A stretch of 64,000 bases of DNA from Clostridiales bacterium (GTDB lineage: Bacteria; Bacillota; Clostridia; Oscillospirales; Acutalibacteraceae): positions 20,412 through 84,411 of the forward strand of contig JAAWNT010000010.1 in the NCBI GenBank assembly GCA_022799115.1, written 5' to 3'. Numbering within the stretch: the first letter of the stretch is position 1; the number at the start of each line of letters is the position of its first letter. The position numbers and the translations under genes are program-made. Shown piece after piece: positions 10,074-19,325 of this stretch. The notes under the pieces are model-generated. The model was not told the DNA's origin. It was given only the letters and a program-made list of their open reading frames with translations, and did no database searches.

Positions 10074-11084
10074 CTACTCTTTTGGAGATTGTGATTCCAT
10101 TTGAGAAATCGCCTGGCTGATTTCCCCCACCACATTTCCTTGAACATAGGCCGCCGTCAGGCGCAATGCGTTTTTGAAGGTCTTGGCCTTGGCGCTGCCG
10201 TGGGCTTTGAATACAGGTTTGGAGATGCCCATGATAGGGGCGCCGCCATATTCATTGTAATCCATCTGTTTTTTCAGCACTTTCATATCAGGCAAAATGA
10301 GCGCCGCCGCCACCTTATTCTTGATCCCTTTGGTGAGAATCCCTTTTATTTTTCCCATCAAGGTCATGGCTACTCCCTCATACAGCTTTAAGATCACATT
10401 CCCGGTAAAGCCGTCGGAAACGATAACGTCGGCGGCATCCATGGGGATATCGCGGGCCTCAATGTTGCCGATAAAGTTTAGCGGACTCTGTTTTAGCAGG
10501 GCAAAGGTTTCATGTTGCAGTTCTCCGCCCTTGTGATCTTCGGTGCCTACATTGGCTAAACCTACCCGGGGATTGCGTACACCCATGACACGCTCCATAT
10601 AGATAGATCCCATGATGCCGAACTGCTGAAGCTGTTCGGGACGGCATTCCAAATTCGCGCCGCTGTCTATCAGCATAAAACAACCCTCATCTTTGGGCAT
10701 GATGGGCGCAAAGGCACAACGCTTAATCCCTCTAATCCGTTTAACGATCAGGGTTGCCCCCACCACCAAAGCGCCGCTGTTTCCGGCGCTTAGAAAGGCG
10801 TCCCCTTCTCCGGCGGCCAATCTGCGAAGGCCTTCGGCCATGGAACAATTCTTTTTGGATTTTGTAATCTCCCCGGCGCTGTCTTCCATGGTAATCACAT
10901 CCGGAGCGTCCGCAATTTCCATATGGGTTAATGGGATTTGATTTTCCTTGGCCACTCGCTCAATTTCCGACCGGGAACCGGTCAGCAGGATCTCCAAGCC
11001 GTATTCCTCCACAGCCTGCGCGCATCCCTTTAAAATTTCCAGCGGCGCGTTGTCTCCGCCGAAAGCGTCTACAATAATTTTCAT
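10074..11084 (-). CDS. plsX: phosphate acyltransferase PlsX
   Basis: MKIIVDAFGGDNAP... 336 aa; typical PlsX length and N-terminus. Confidence 0.9.
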   Translation of the reverse strand: MKIIVDAFGGDNAPLEILKGCAQAVEEYGLEILLTGSRSEIERVAKENQIPLTHMEIADAPDVITMEDSAGEITKSKKNCSMAEGLRRLAAGEGDAFLSAGNSGALVVGATLIVKRIRGIKRCAFAPIMPKDEGCFMLIDSGANLECRPEQLQQFGIMGSIYMERVMGVRNPRVGLANVGTEDHKGGELQHETFALLKQSPLNFIGNIEARDIPMDAADVIVSDGFTGNVILKLYEGVAMTLMGKIKGILTKGIKNKVAAALILPDMKVLKKQMDYNEYGGAPIMGISKPVFKAHGSAKAKTFKNALRLTAAYVQGNVVGEISQAISQMESQSPKE

Positions 11085-11319
11085 GGTACTGCAACCCCAT
11101 TTCTTCTGTATGTGCGGCTTTTATCGTGCGATGGTCCTTCCTTGTGTAAAAAGCGCCTCCAAATTCTTTTTTCCATTCGCTTGTTTCCGTCCAACCAGGT
11201 TGGACCGGGTCTTTTTAAACAAGCGGGGTTTTAAAAGACGCTCGATCAGAAGCGCCGCTCTGCGATGATTTGGAGAAACAATCGTTTCATCTTTTCGATT
11301 TCACCAAATAAAAGCAAAT

Positions 11320-12633
11320 CTAGGCTCTGGCTTCCTTCAAAAGCTGATCTATCTTTTGAAGAGAACGCTCCGACAAGGCCGCGTAACGTTCCCGCTTGTC
11401 CCGAATATGCGGTTCTATCCCCGGAAGAATTCCGAAATTGGCTCCCATGGGCTGAAACCGAGACACGCTTTCATCACTGATATAGCAACTCAACGCCCCC
11501 ATCATGGTTTCTCTGGGAAGCGAAAACGGCTCTTTTCCTTCCGCTCTCCGCGCCGCGTTGATACCCGCCAGAATCCCAGAGGAGGCCGACTCCATATATC
11601 CTTCCACGCCGGTGATCTGGCCCGCGAAGAAAAGCCCGGGCCTTTTTCTCAAACTATAGTCCGATTGGAGCAGCCTGGGAGAGTCGATGAAGGTATTGCG
11701 GTGCATGACGCCGTATCGGACAAATTCCGCGTCATGAAGGGCCGGAATTAGTCCGAACACGCGTTTTTGCTCCCCAAATTTCAAATTGGTTTGAAAGCCC
11801 ACCAAATTGTACAGGGAACCCTCTCGGTTTTCCTGGCGGAGCTGTACCACCGCCCAAGGGCGGCGGTCGGTTCTCGGATCTTGAAGCCCAACCGGCTTGA
11901 GCGGACCGAATCGCAGGGTATCCATTCCTCGCTGCGCCATCACCTCCACCGGCATGCATCCTTCGTACACCTTGGGATCAGCCGCGTCAAAATCGTGAAC
12001 CGGCGCCCTCTCCGCGTGGATTAGGGCATCATAGAAAATCTCGTACTCCTCTTTGTTCATGGGGCAATTGAGATAGGCCTCGTCCCCGCCCTTATCGTAC
12101 CGGGAGGCGGCAAAAGAACATCCTCTGTCCACACTTTGCGCTGTAACGATGGGCGCCGCGGCATCGTAAAAACTAAGGGAACCCCCGCACAAAACGCCAA
12201 TTTGCTCCGCCAGCGCATCCGAAGTGAGAGGGCCGGTAGCTATGACGACTATCCCCTCTTCCGGTATTTTTTCAACTTCCGTCCGTTCTACCGCAATCAA
12301 CGGATGACTGCGGATTTTTTTGGTCACCAGGGAAGAAAATTCCTCCCGGTCTACCGCCAACGCGCCGCCCGCAGGCACCGCGCACTGATCGGCGCACTCC
12401 ATCAACAAGGAGCCTAGCCGCCGCATCTCTTCTTTAAGAAGTCCTGCGGCGCTTTCCACGCGACTTGCTTTCAGGGAGTTGGAGCATACCAGCTCCGCAA
12501 AATTTTCATTGCTATGGGCCGGGGAATATCGAACCGGCTTCATCTCACGCAGTAAGACCTGGTGGCCTGACTGGGCAATCTGCCAAGCCGCTTCGCAGCC
12601 CGCCAACCCTGCTCCAATTACTTGTATCTTCAT
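11320..12633 (-). CDS. trmFO: methylenetetrahydrofolate--tRNA-(uracil-5-)-methyltransferase TrmFO (Gid)
   Basis: N-terminal FAD fold VIGAGLAGCEAAWQ, 437 aa; conserved dprA-topA-trmFO order. Confidence 0.9.
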   Translation of the reverse strand: MKIQVIGAGLAGCEAAWQIAQSGHQVLLREMKPVRYSPAHSNENFAELVCSNSLKASRVESAAGLLKEEMRRLGSLLMECADQCAVPAGGALAVDREEFSSLVTKKIRSHPLIAVERTEVEKIPEEGIVVIATGPLTSDALAEQIGVLCGGSLSFYDAAAPIVTAQSVDRGCSFAASRYDKGGDEAYLNCPMNKEEYEIFYDALIHAERAPVHDFDAADPKVYEGCMPVEVMAQRGMDTLRFGPLKPVGLQDPRTDRRPWAVVQLRQENREGSLYNLVGFQTNLKFGEQKRVFGLIPALHDAEFVRYGVMHRNTFIDSPRLLQSDYSLRKRPGLFFAGQITGVEGYMESASSGILAGINAARRAEGKEPFSLPRETMMGALSCYISDESVSRFQPMGANFGILPGIEPHIRDKRERYAALSERSLQKIDQLLKEARA

Positions 12634-14720
12634 TCGTCCTTTTTCTCTTCTATCTTTTCATATCCGCAATCCTGCGTCACACAGTACAGCTTCGGATTTT
12701 TTCCTTTTTTCTTCAGCAGCGTTTTGCCGCAGCGGGGGCACTTCTCCATGGCGGGTTCATCCCACGATACAAAGTCGCATTCGGGATAATGATCGCAGCC
12801 ATAAAAGATGCGTCCTTTTTTGGTTTTCTTTACGATGATTTTTCCGCCGCATTTGGGGCATTCCGCGCCGGTCTCCTTGACCAATTTTTTGATGTTCTTG
12901 CATTCAGGATAGCCTGGACAGGCGATAAATTTACCGTAACGTCCCATTTTTATCACCATCTTGCGCCCGCATTTCTCGCAAATGATGTCGGTTTCATCCT
13001 CTTTGAGCTGAATTTTTACCCCTTGCATCTCCTCTTTGGCCTTTTTCAACGTCTTGTCAAAATCCCCGTAAAAGGTATGCAGAATATCCACCCACTGGGA
13101 CTTTCCCTCTTCCACTGTATCCAGATCTTTTTCCATCTGGGCGGTGAATTTCACATTGACGATCTTAGGGAAGCGTTCCTTCATGAGCTTGGTGGACACC
13201 TCGCCCAGTTCGGTGGGTTTTAACGTTTTCGCTTCCCGAATTACATATTCCCGGCTGGTGATGGTGGTGATGGTGGCCGCATAGGTCGAGGGACGTCCAA
13301 TCCCATATTCCTCCATCGCCTTAATGAGAGAAGCCTCCGTATAGCGCGGCGGGGGTTGAGTGAAGTGCTGATTGGGCAAAAGCTCTTTGACCCGCACCTT
13401 CATATCCTTCTCCAGCGGCGGCAGAGATCCCTCGCTTTCACTCGCCTCGTCCTTGCCCTCTTCATAAAGCACGGTGTATCCGTCAAAGGTGACGGTATAA
13501 CCGGAGGCTTTAAACAAGTAGCCGTTTGCCATAATGTCCGCCTGGGTGGTGCTCTGGATACAGTTTGCCATCTGGCAGGCGATAAAACGTTCCCAAATCA
13601 GCTTATAAAGCTTATATTGATCGTTGCTCAGACTGTCCTTGACATCGGCTGGAGACAGGCTGGGCATGGAGGGGCGGATCGCCTCATGACCGTCCTGGGC
13701 ATTTGCCCTGGATTTAAAATGCCGGGGTTTATCCGGCAGATATTTATCGCCCCAGCGCTCCTTGATGTAATCGCCCGCGTCTTTAATGGCATCCTCTGAG
13801 ATGCGCAGGGAGTCGGTTCTCATATAGGTAATTAAACCCACGGCGCCCATACCTTTGATCTCAACGCCTTCATACAGTTCCTGCGCGGCCTTCATGGTGC
13901 GCCGCGCCTGGAAGCCCAGTTTACGGGAGGCCTCCTGCTGCAAGGTTGAGGTGATAAAGGGCGGAGCGGGAGACTTGCGGCGGGTTCCCTTTTTTACCTT
14001 GGTGATGGTAAACTCCGCGTCCTTGAGCGCTTCCAGAATTTCGTTGGCCTGGGCTTCGGAAGTAATTTTAATTTTTCCGTTTTCATCCCCGTAAAAGGAG
14101 GCGGGAAACTGTTTACGGCTGCCTTGAGGAATAAACTTGGCGTCAATGGACCAATATTCTTCCGGCTTAAAGGCGCGGATCTCCGCTTCCCGATCCACCA
14201 CAAGGCGCACCGCCACCGACTGTACGCGGCCAGCGGACAGCCCACGGCGAATCTTCTGGGATAAAAACGGACTGAGCTTATAGCCCACAAGACGGTCAAG
14301 AATACGGCGCGCCTGCTGGGCGTTCACCAAATCCAAGTCGATTTCCCTGGGTTGGCTCATTCCGTTTGACACTCCGGTTTTGGTAATTTCATTAAACGTT
14401 ACACGATTTTTATCCTCTAAATTAAGTTCCAGCAGATAGGCCAGATGCCAGGAAATGGCTTCTCCCTCGCGATCCGGGTCAGTTGCCAGGTATACTTTAT
14501 CGCTTTTTCCCGCCAGCTTGGTGAGCTCTTCCACCAGCTTTTCCTTTCCTTTGATGACTTCATATTTCGGTTTGAATTCATGTTTGATGTCCACGCTCAG
14601 ACGGTTTTCCGGCAGGTCGCGGACATGTCCCATAGAGGCTACCACCTCATAGCCGGAGCCCAAATACTTTTTGATGGTTTTCGCCTTGGCCGGCGACTCC
14701 ACAATTACTAAATCTGACAT
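12630..14720 (-). CDS. topA: DNA topoisomerase I
   Basis: 696 aa. TOPRIM N-terminus (LVIVESPAKAKTI), active-site tyrosine region (LITYMRTDS), three C-terminal C4 zinc ribbons. Confidence 0.95.
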   Translation of the reverse strand: MSDLVIVESPAKAKTIKKYLGSGYEVVASMGHVRDLPENRLSVDIKHEFKPKYEVIKGKEKLVEELTKLAGKSDKVYLATDPDREGEAISWHLAYLLELNLEDKNRVTFNEITKTGVSNGMSQPREIDLDLVNAQQARRILDRLVGYKLSPFLSQKIRRGLSAGRVQSVAVRLVVDREAEIRAFKPEEYWSIDAKFIPQGSRKQFPASFYGDENGKIKITSEAQANEILEALKDAEFTITKVKKGTRRKSPAPPFITSTLQQEASRKLGFQARRTMKAAQELYEGVEIKGMGAVGLITYMRTDSLRISEDAIKDAGDYIKERWGDKYLPDKPRHFKSRANAQDGHEAIRPSMPSLSPADVKDSLSNDQYKLYKLIWERFIACQMANCIQSTTQADIMANGYLFKASGYTVTFDGYTVLYEEGKDEASESEGSLPPLEKDMKVRVKELLPNQHFTQPPPRYTEASLIKAMEEYGIGRPSTYAATITTITSREYVIREAKTLKPTELGEVSTKLMKERFPKIVNVKFTAQMEKDLDTVEEGKSQWVDILHTFYGDFDKTLKKAKEEMQGVKIQLKEDETDIICEKCGRKMVIKMGRYGKFIACPGYPECKNIKKLVKETGAECPKCGGKIIVKKTKKGRIFYGCDHYPECDFVSWDEPAMEKCPRCGKTLLKKKGKNPKLYCVTQDCGYEKIEEKKDE

Positions 14721-14797
14721 TCATTAACCACCTTATATTGATCAAAAGCGCGCCGTTTTTTCATGTGCGGCGCACTCTTTCTTTTCCATGTTAACTC

Positions 14798-15967
14798 CTA
14801 GCGTCGCTTGGCGTACCGCCGGCCGGACAGGGATTGAATCAAATCTTCCAGCTCCAGTTCGGTGACCGCCTGTAAAGCCACCTGGATGGATAACCCCGCC
14901 GCTTTGGACAGCCCATCGATGTGTAGCGGTTGATCGGTCAAACATCCATACAAAGCCCGCCCGTTCGAGGACAATCCTCCAAGATCCGGGATCCGCACAG
15001 ACCTTGATATTTCCTTGCACGGGCGAAAGGACGCTTTTTCTTCCTCCTGCGCTTTGCACGACAAATGTCCCAAAGCGTGCGCGTCATCTGTGAACACTTG
15101 TAGGCTGTATTCTTCCAGTATATCCCCCAGGCAGGTAACCGTCTTGGCTCCGCTCTTTATTAGTTGATTGGTTCCATTGGACACGTAGCTATCCACGTTT
15201 CCTGGAACCGCAAAGACATCCCTTCCCTGTTCCAGGGCCAAATTAGCCGTAATCAGCGAACCGCTTTTGGTACCGGCTTCCACCACCACTGTACCTTTCG
15301 TCAGTCCGGAAATAATCCGGTTTCGCATGGGGAAGCTCCAACGGGTCACCGGGGTATCGGGAGGGAATTCGGAGATCAGCGCTCCGGTTCGGGATATTTC
15401 AAACCTTAGCGGCGCGTTTTCCATTAGATAACTGGAATTCACGCCTCCTCCCAACACGGCGACCGTAGCGCCCGCCGCCTGCAGCGCGCCCTTATGAGAG
15501 GACGCGTCAATTCCCAGAGCGCCGCCGCTGACCACGATTACACCCGCTTTGCCAAGCCCAAAGCCCAAGTCAAAGGCAGTGGCGTTGCCATAGGGCGTCG
15601 CGCTGCGGGTTCCCACCACGGCAATGGCCAGCCGGTTCTGAAAATCCGGGAGTTGTCCTTTTCCATATAGTATGCAGGGAGGATTGGAAATATTTTTTAA
15701 ATCTTGGGGGTATTCCTTGTCATTTAGGGTAAGCACCCACTGACCAAGCTCGTCGCAGCGCGACAGGATTTGTTTCGCCTCATCCAGCGAAGCGTTTATC
15801 AGCCTGTCCAGCTCTTTGGGTGAAAACAGCCCGGACAGCCGCCATTCCCTGGTTCCTGCCCGGTAAAAATCAAAAGCTGTGCCAAATAGTTCCAGCACGC
15901 TGCGCGCTTTTCCGCTTCCAAATCCCAGAGCGCTTTGCATCCATAACCAATGGCTATTCGTTTCCAT
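14798..15967 (-). CDS. dprA: DNA processing protein DprA (Smf)
   Basis: Rossmann-like DprA core (AVVGTRSATPYG...VVSGGALGIDASSHKGAL). Start set at the internal Met (METNSHW) to limit overlap with the upstream gene; alternative start at 16039. Confidence 0.8.
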   Translation of the reverse strand: METNSHWLWMQSALGFGSGKARSVLELFGTAFDFYRAGTREWRLSGLFSPKELDRLINASLDEAKQILSRCDELGQWVLTLNDKEYPQDLKNISNPPCILYGKGQLPDFQNRLAIAVVGTRSATPYGNATAFDLGFGLGKAGVIVVSGGALGIDASSHKGALQAAGATVAVLGGGVNSSYLMENAPLRFEISRTGALISEFPPDTPVTRWSFPMRNRIISGLTKGTVVVEAGTKSGSLITANLALEQGRDVFAVPGNVDSYVSNGTNQLIKSGAKTVTCLGDILEEYSLQVFTDDAHALGHLSCKAQEEEKASFRPCKEISRSVRIPDLGGLSSNGRALYGCLTDQPLHIDGLSKAAGLSIQVALQAVTELELEDLIQSLSGRRYAKRR

Positions 15968-16787
15968 CCGCTCCACTCCTCTGCGTGTGATCCTCCCGCA
16001 CCATTTCCCACAACAAAATACCAGCGGCCGTCGCGGCATTTAGAGATTCCGCCCGACCGGGCATGGGTATGGTGACAAGACCACCGCAGGCGTTGATGCA
16101 TGTATCTGTCAAGCCGTTGCCTTCGTTGCCTACCACCACCGCCGATCTTTCAGGAAAGCGCATTCCGGTAACCGGCTCTGCTTGCCGGGAAGGAACTGCG
16201 CCGTATACCCAATATCCCATCTTTTTCATCTCGTCCAGCGAGGAGGGCAGATCCTCCGTGATGGTAAAAGGAATACGAAACACCGCCCCCATGCTGCCGC
16301 GCAGCACCTTGGGGCTATAGATATCGCAGCAGCCGCGGCTCATTAGCACACCGCCGATCCCCATGGCTTCGGCGGTGCGGAGAATGGTTCCTAAGTTGGA
16401 GGGGTCCTGGATATCCTCCAGCGCCAAAATGCGCCGGGGGTTATTATCCATTTTATACACACATTCATTTTTGTCAAGCGCAATACAAACACAAAACACT
16501 CCCTGCGGGGTTTGGGTATCCGTCAGATACGTCATTACCGAAGGGCTTACCTTTACACGTTTGGCGGCGATCAAGCCAATTTGCTCCACCGCGCTTTGAT
16601 ATCGCTTTTCTGCCTGTTCCGTATAGAATAACGACTGGATTGTTACTTGGCTTGCCACTGCATCCAGACAAAGCCGCATTCCCTCCACGACAAACTGACG
16701 CTGTTCTCTGCGGTAACGTGGGCTGTTCATCAGTTTTTTGGCATGTTTTATCAGGGAGTTATCCCGGCTTGTGATGGTTTGAATCAT
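15954..16787 (-). CDS. TrmH/SpoU-family RNA 2'-O-methyltransferase (RlmB/YsgA-like)
   Basis: SpoU methylase motifs (ILALEDIQDPSNLGTILRTAEA; VVVGNEGNGL; ESLNAATAAGILL); 277 aa; follows rplT as ysgA does in Bacillus. Confidence 0.8.
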   Translation of the reverse strand: MIQTITSRDNSLIKHAKKLMNSPRYRREQRQFVVEGMRLCLDAVASQVTIQSLFYTEQAEKRYQSAVEQIGLIAAKRVKVSPSVMTYLTDTQTPQGVFCVCIALDKNECVYKMDNNPRRILALEDIQDPSNLGTILRTAEAMGIGGVLMSRGCCDIYSPKVLRGSMGAVFRIPFTITEDLPSSLDEMKKMGYWVYGAVPSRQAEPVTGMRFPERSAVVVGNEGNGLTDTCINACGGLVTIPMPGRAESLNAATAAGILLWEMVREDHTQRSGADGNE

Positions 16788-16862
16788 CGTTTAGCCTCCA
16801 TCTATACGTTTTTGCAATGGAATGCGCCGCTACGGCATTCTATTGCAAAGACGTATCTTTTT

Positions 16863-16898
16863 GGATAAAATTCGCGCCCGGGATAAGCCCCCGGGCGC
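16863..16898 (-). terminator. rho-independent terminator after rplT
   Basis: GC hairpin GCGCCCGGGataagcCCCGGGCGC at 16874-16898, followed on the minus strand by AATTTTAT. A second long imperfect hairpin lies at 16815-16860. Confidence 0.6.
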
Positions 16899-16910
16899 AA
16901 CAAACCAAAA

Positions 16911-17264
16911 TTATTTTGCAGCTTTTGCCTGCTCCACCAAGCTGGTGAAGGCGGCCGGGTCGGCGATGGCGATTTCAGAGAGCATCTTGCGGTTGAGCTC
17001 AATGTTCGCCTTCTTCAGACCATTCATAAAGGTGGAATAATTCACACCGTTCGCGCGGCAAGCGGCGGAAATACGGGTGATCCACAGACGGCGGAAGTCG
17101 CGCTTTCTGTGTTTACGGCCGATATACGCATAGTTGCCGGACTTCATCACGGCCTGTTTGGCCATTTTAAAATGTTTGCTCTTAGCACCATAATAGCCCT
17201 TTGCGAGCTTTAAAGTCTTTTTTCTTCTTTTGCGGGTCATCAACGCGCCTTTTACACGTGCCAT
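16911..17264 (-). CDS. rplT: 50S ribosomal protein L20
   Basis: 117 aa. [16 protein letters not shown]...[11 protein letters not shown] is canonical L20. Confidence 0.95.
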   Translation of the reverse strand: MARVKGALMTRKRRKKTLKLAKGYYGAKSKHFKMAKQAVMKSGNYAYIGRKHRKRDFRRLWITRISAACRANGVNYSTFMNGLKKANIELNRKMLSEIAIADPAAFTSLVEQAKAAK

Positions 17265-17312
17265 ATTCGTCTACCTCCGATTAATGGTTATTTATTTGAT
17301 CGTATCGTAATC

Positions 17313-17510
17313 TTATTTATAGGGGATCAGACGCTTCACCTGGGCCACATTGGTCTTGTCGGTCACAACGGTCTTGCGCAGTCCTCTCTTACGCTTTGTG
17401 GTCTTTTTGTTGAGGATGTGGGACTTGTTGGCGTGTCCGCGGATGACCTTTCCGTTTTTCGAAAGCTTAAAGCGCTTTTTCGCACCGCTGTGAGTCTTAA
17501 TTTTAGGCAT
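17313..17510 (-). CDS. rpmI: 50S ribosomal protein L35
   Basis: 65 aa. [22 protein letters not shown]... is canonical L35. Confidence 0.95.
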   Translation of the reverse strand: MPKIKTHSGAKKRFKLSKNGKVIRGHANKSHILNKKTTKRKRGLRKTVVTDKTNVAQVKRLIPYK

Positions 17511-17533
17511 GGTATTGCTCCTCCTTAAAGATG

Positions 17534-18054
17534 TTACTTATTGGGTTTGGATGCAAGGAACATTAACATATTGCGTCCTTCCAGCTTGGCTGCCTTTTCC
17601 ACATTGGCAAACTCCGAGCAGGCATCCGCAAACTTTTTCATGGTGGCATAGCCGATTTCCGGATGTCCCATCTCGCGTCCGCGGAAACGAATAGAAACCT
17701 TTACTTTGTCGCCTTCTCCAATAAAACGCTTGGCGTGGCCCAGCTTGGTGTTAAAATCATGGGTGTCGATATTCAGGGAAAGCCTGATTTCCTTGATGTT
17801 TACCGTATGCTGATTTTTTCTAGCCTCTTTCTCACGCTTAGCCTGTTCAAAACGATATTTGCCGTAATCCATGATCTTGCATACAGGCGGATTTGCCTGG
17901 GGTGAGATCTTCACCAGATCCAAATTTTTTTCCGCCGCCTTATCCAAAGCCTGGTTCGCGGACATGATACCCAGCTGTGAGCCGTCGGAGTCGATCACTC
18001 TCAGTTCCCTATCCCGGATGTCGTCGTTAATCTGAAGTTCCTTGTTGCTAATGG
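17534..18054 (-). CDS. infC: translation initiation factor IF-3 (AUU start codon)
   Basis: IF3 N- and C-domain sequence ([13 protein letters not shown]...[15 protein letters not shown]...). On the minus strand the SD GGAGGTG is followed 7 nt later by ATT AGC AAC AAG ([14 protein letters not shown]). The ORF-track ATG at 18073 lies inside the SD, so the true start is the classic autoregulatory AUU. Confidence 0.88.
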
Positions 18055-18222
18055 TTAAGCACCTCCAAAACACCTAATGGTTAAAAGTACAAAGCGCGGA
18101 CAGAATCTTTCCGTCCGCGCAATAATACATACTTATTCCCCATAAAAGAAGAAGTAAGAACATATTAACCCGTGGCGGACGGTCCCTCACAGGTGAGAAC
18201 AAAACTGCTCTGCTTTGTTTTA
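18055..18222 (-). promoter_or_regulatory. L20-leader-like attenuator upstream of infC-rpmI-rplT
   Basis: Downstream of a sigma-A-like promoter the leader carries a terminator-like hairpin GCGCGGACagaatctttcCGTCCGCGC (18095-18121), followed on the minus strand by TTTGTACTTTT just before the infC SD. An upstream segment CCGTCCGC can pair alternatively with GCGGACGG, a terminator/antiterminator arrangement as in the Bacillus L20 leader. Confidence 0.5.
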
Positions 18223-18229
18223 CTCAGTA

Positions 18230-18258
18230 ATCATACCAGCTTTCCGGCTAACTGTCAA
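18230..18258 (-). promoter_or_regulatory. promoter of infC operon
   Basis: Minus strand TTGACA, 17 nt spacer, TATGAT. Confidence 0.5.
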
Positions 18259-18326
18259 TATCATTTTTGGATTTCATTTTAAATCATTCGTCCATCCGCT
18301 TTCTGTAGTATAAATAAAAAAATGGA

Positions 18327-18399
18327 TTGACAAATCTTGCTTGTAGCTGTATTATTGTACTGCGCTGTTAATACAATACTACAATAATACAATAATACA
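18327..18399 (+). promoter_or_regulatory. promoter plus inverted/direct repeat operator of ABC exporter operon 1
   Basis: TTGACA (18327-32), 17 nt spacer, TATTAT (18350-55). Inverted repeat TGTATTATTGTA (18348-59) ... TACAATAATACA (18380-91, repeated at 18388-99), then AGGAGG SD and ATG at 18414. Confidence 0.6.
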
Positions 18400-18413
18400 G
18401 GAGGTAAGCAACG

Positions 18414-19325
18414 ATGGAATATGTACTGAGAACCGATGGTTTAACAAAGCTGTTCTCCGGTCGTCCAGCGGTCAACAATGTCAGCCTATCGGTGAAAAAG
18501 GGAGATATTTACGGATTTATCGGGAAAAATGGAGCGGGTAAAACTACCTTAATCCGCATGGCAGTGGGGTTAGCCGCCCCCACCTCGGGAAGCATCGAGC
18601 TGTTCGGCAGCAACAACCTGAAAAAGCAGCGGCGCCGTGTGGGCACCGTCATAGAATATCCTGCGGTATTTCCCCATATGACCGCCCGGCAGAATCTGGA
18701 AGCCCAGTGCAGTCTGCTGGGGATTAAGGACGCTTCGGTGATCGATTCCACCCTACATATTGTGGGGCTCAATCCCAATGACAGGAAAAAGGCCAAAAAC
18801 TTTTCGCTGGGAATGAAACAGCGGCTCGCCATCGCCCTTTCACTGGTCGGAAATCCGGAGCTTCTCTTTTTGGACGAACCCATCAACGGATTGGATCCCA
18901 CCGGGATCAAGGAGATTCGCACCCTGATTCAAACCTTGAACCGGGAGCACGGCATAACCGTTCTGATTTCCAGCCACATCTTAGGGGAGCTATCCAAACT
19001 GGCCACCCGATATGGAATCATCAACAATGGGCGCCTGGTAGAAGAATTCACCGCCGAGCAATTAGAGGAACACTGTCAATCCTCTCTGATGATCCGGGTC
19101 AGCGATCCGGCGGCCGCCAGTTCCCTTTTAAAACAGCAGTTTGGAATTCAACGCGCTGCGGTCAACGCCGACGGAACCCTTGCGGTATACGAACAGATCG
19201 AGCGGGCGGGAGCCATTAACACCGCATTGGTGAGCAGCGGGCTTACTGTTGACAGCCTGCACGTCACCGCCGCCGATTTGGAGGAATATTTTATCAACGC
19301 CATAGGAGGGAACGTTCATGCTTAA
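18414..19325 (+). CDS. ABC transporter ATP-binding protein (BcrA / lantibiotic-protection type)
   Basis: Walker A GKNGAGKTT, signature FSLGMKQRL, Walker B LLFLDEP, H-loop SSH; 303 aa. Confidence 0.9.
   Translation: MEYVLRTDGLTKLFSGRPAVNNVSLSVKKGDIYGFIGKNGAGKTTLIRMAVGLAAPTSGSIELFGSNNLKKQRRRVGTVIEYPAVFPHMTARQNLEAQCSLLGIKDASVIDSTLHIVGLNPNDRKKAKNFSLGMKQRLAIALSLVGNPELLFLDEPINGLDPTGIKEIRTLIQTLNREHGITVLISSHILGELSKLATRYGIINNGRLVEEFTAEQLEEHCQSSLMIRVSDPAAASSLLKQQFGIQRAAVNADGTLAVYEQIERAGAINTALVSSGLTVDSLHVTAADLEEYFINAIGGNVHA

Noticed and set aside
12465-13223. 252-aa plus-strand ORF
   Set aside because: Antisense to the topA/trmFO coding sequence; no RBS, no recognisable domain.
18380-18399. Short tandem repeat ACAATAATAC x2, considered as a CRISPR/repeat array
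   Set aside because: Only two 8-9-bp units inside a promoter/operator. No spacer-repeat periodicity anywhere in the window; no cas genes.
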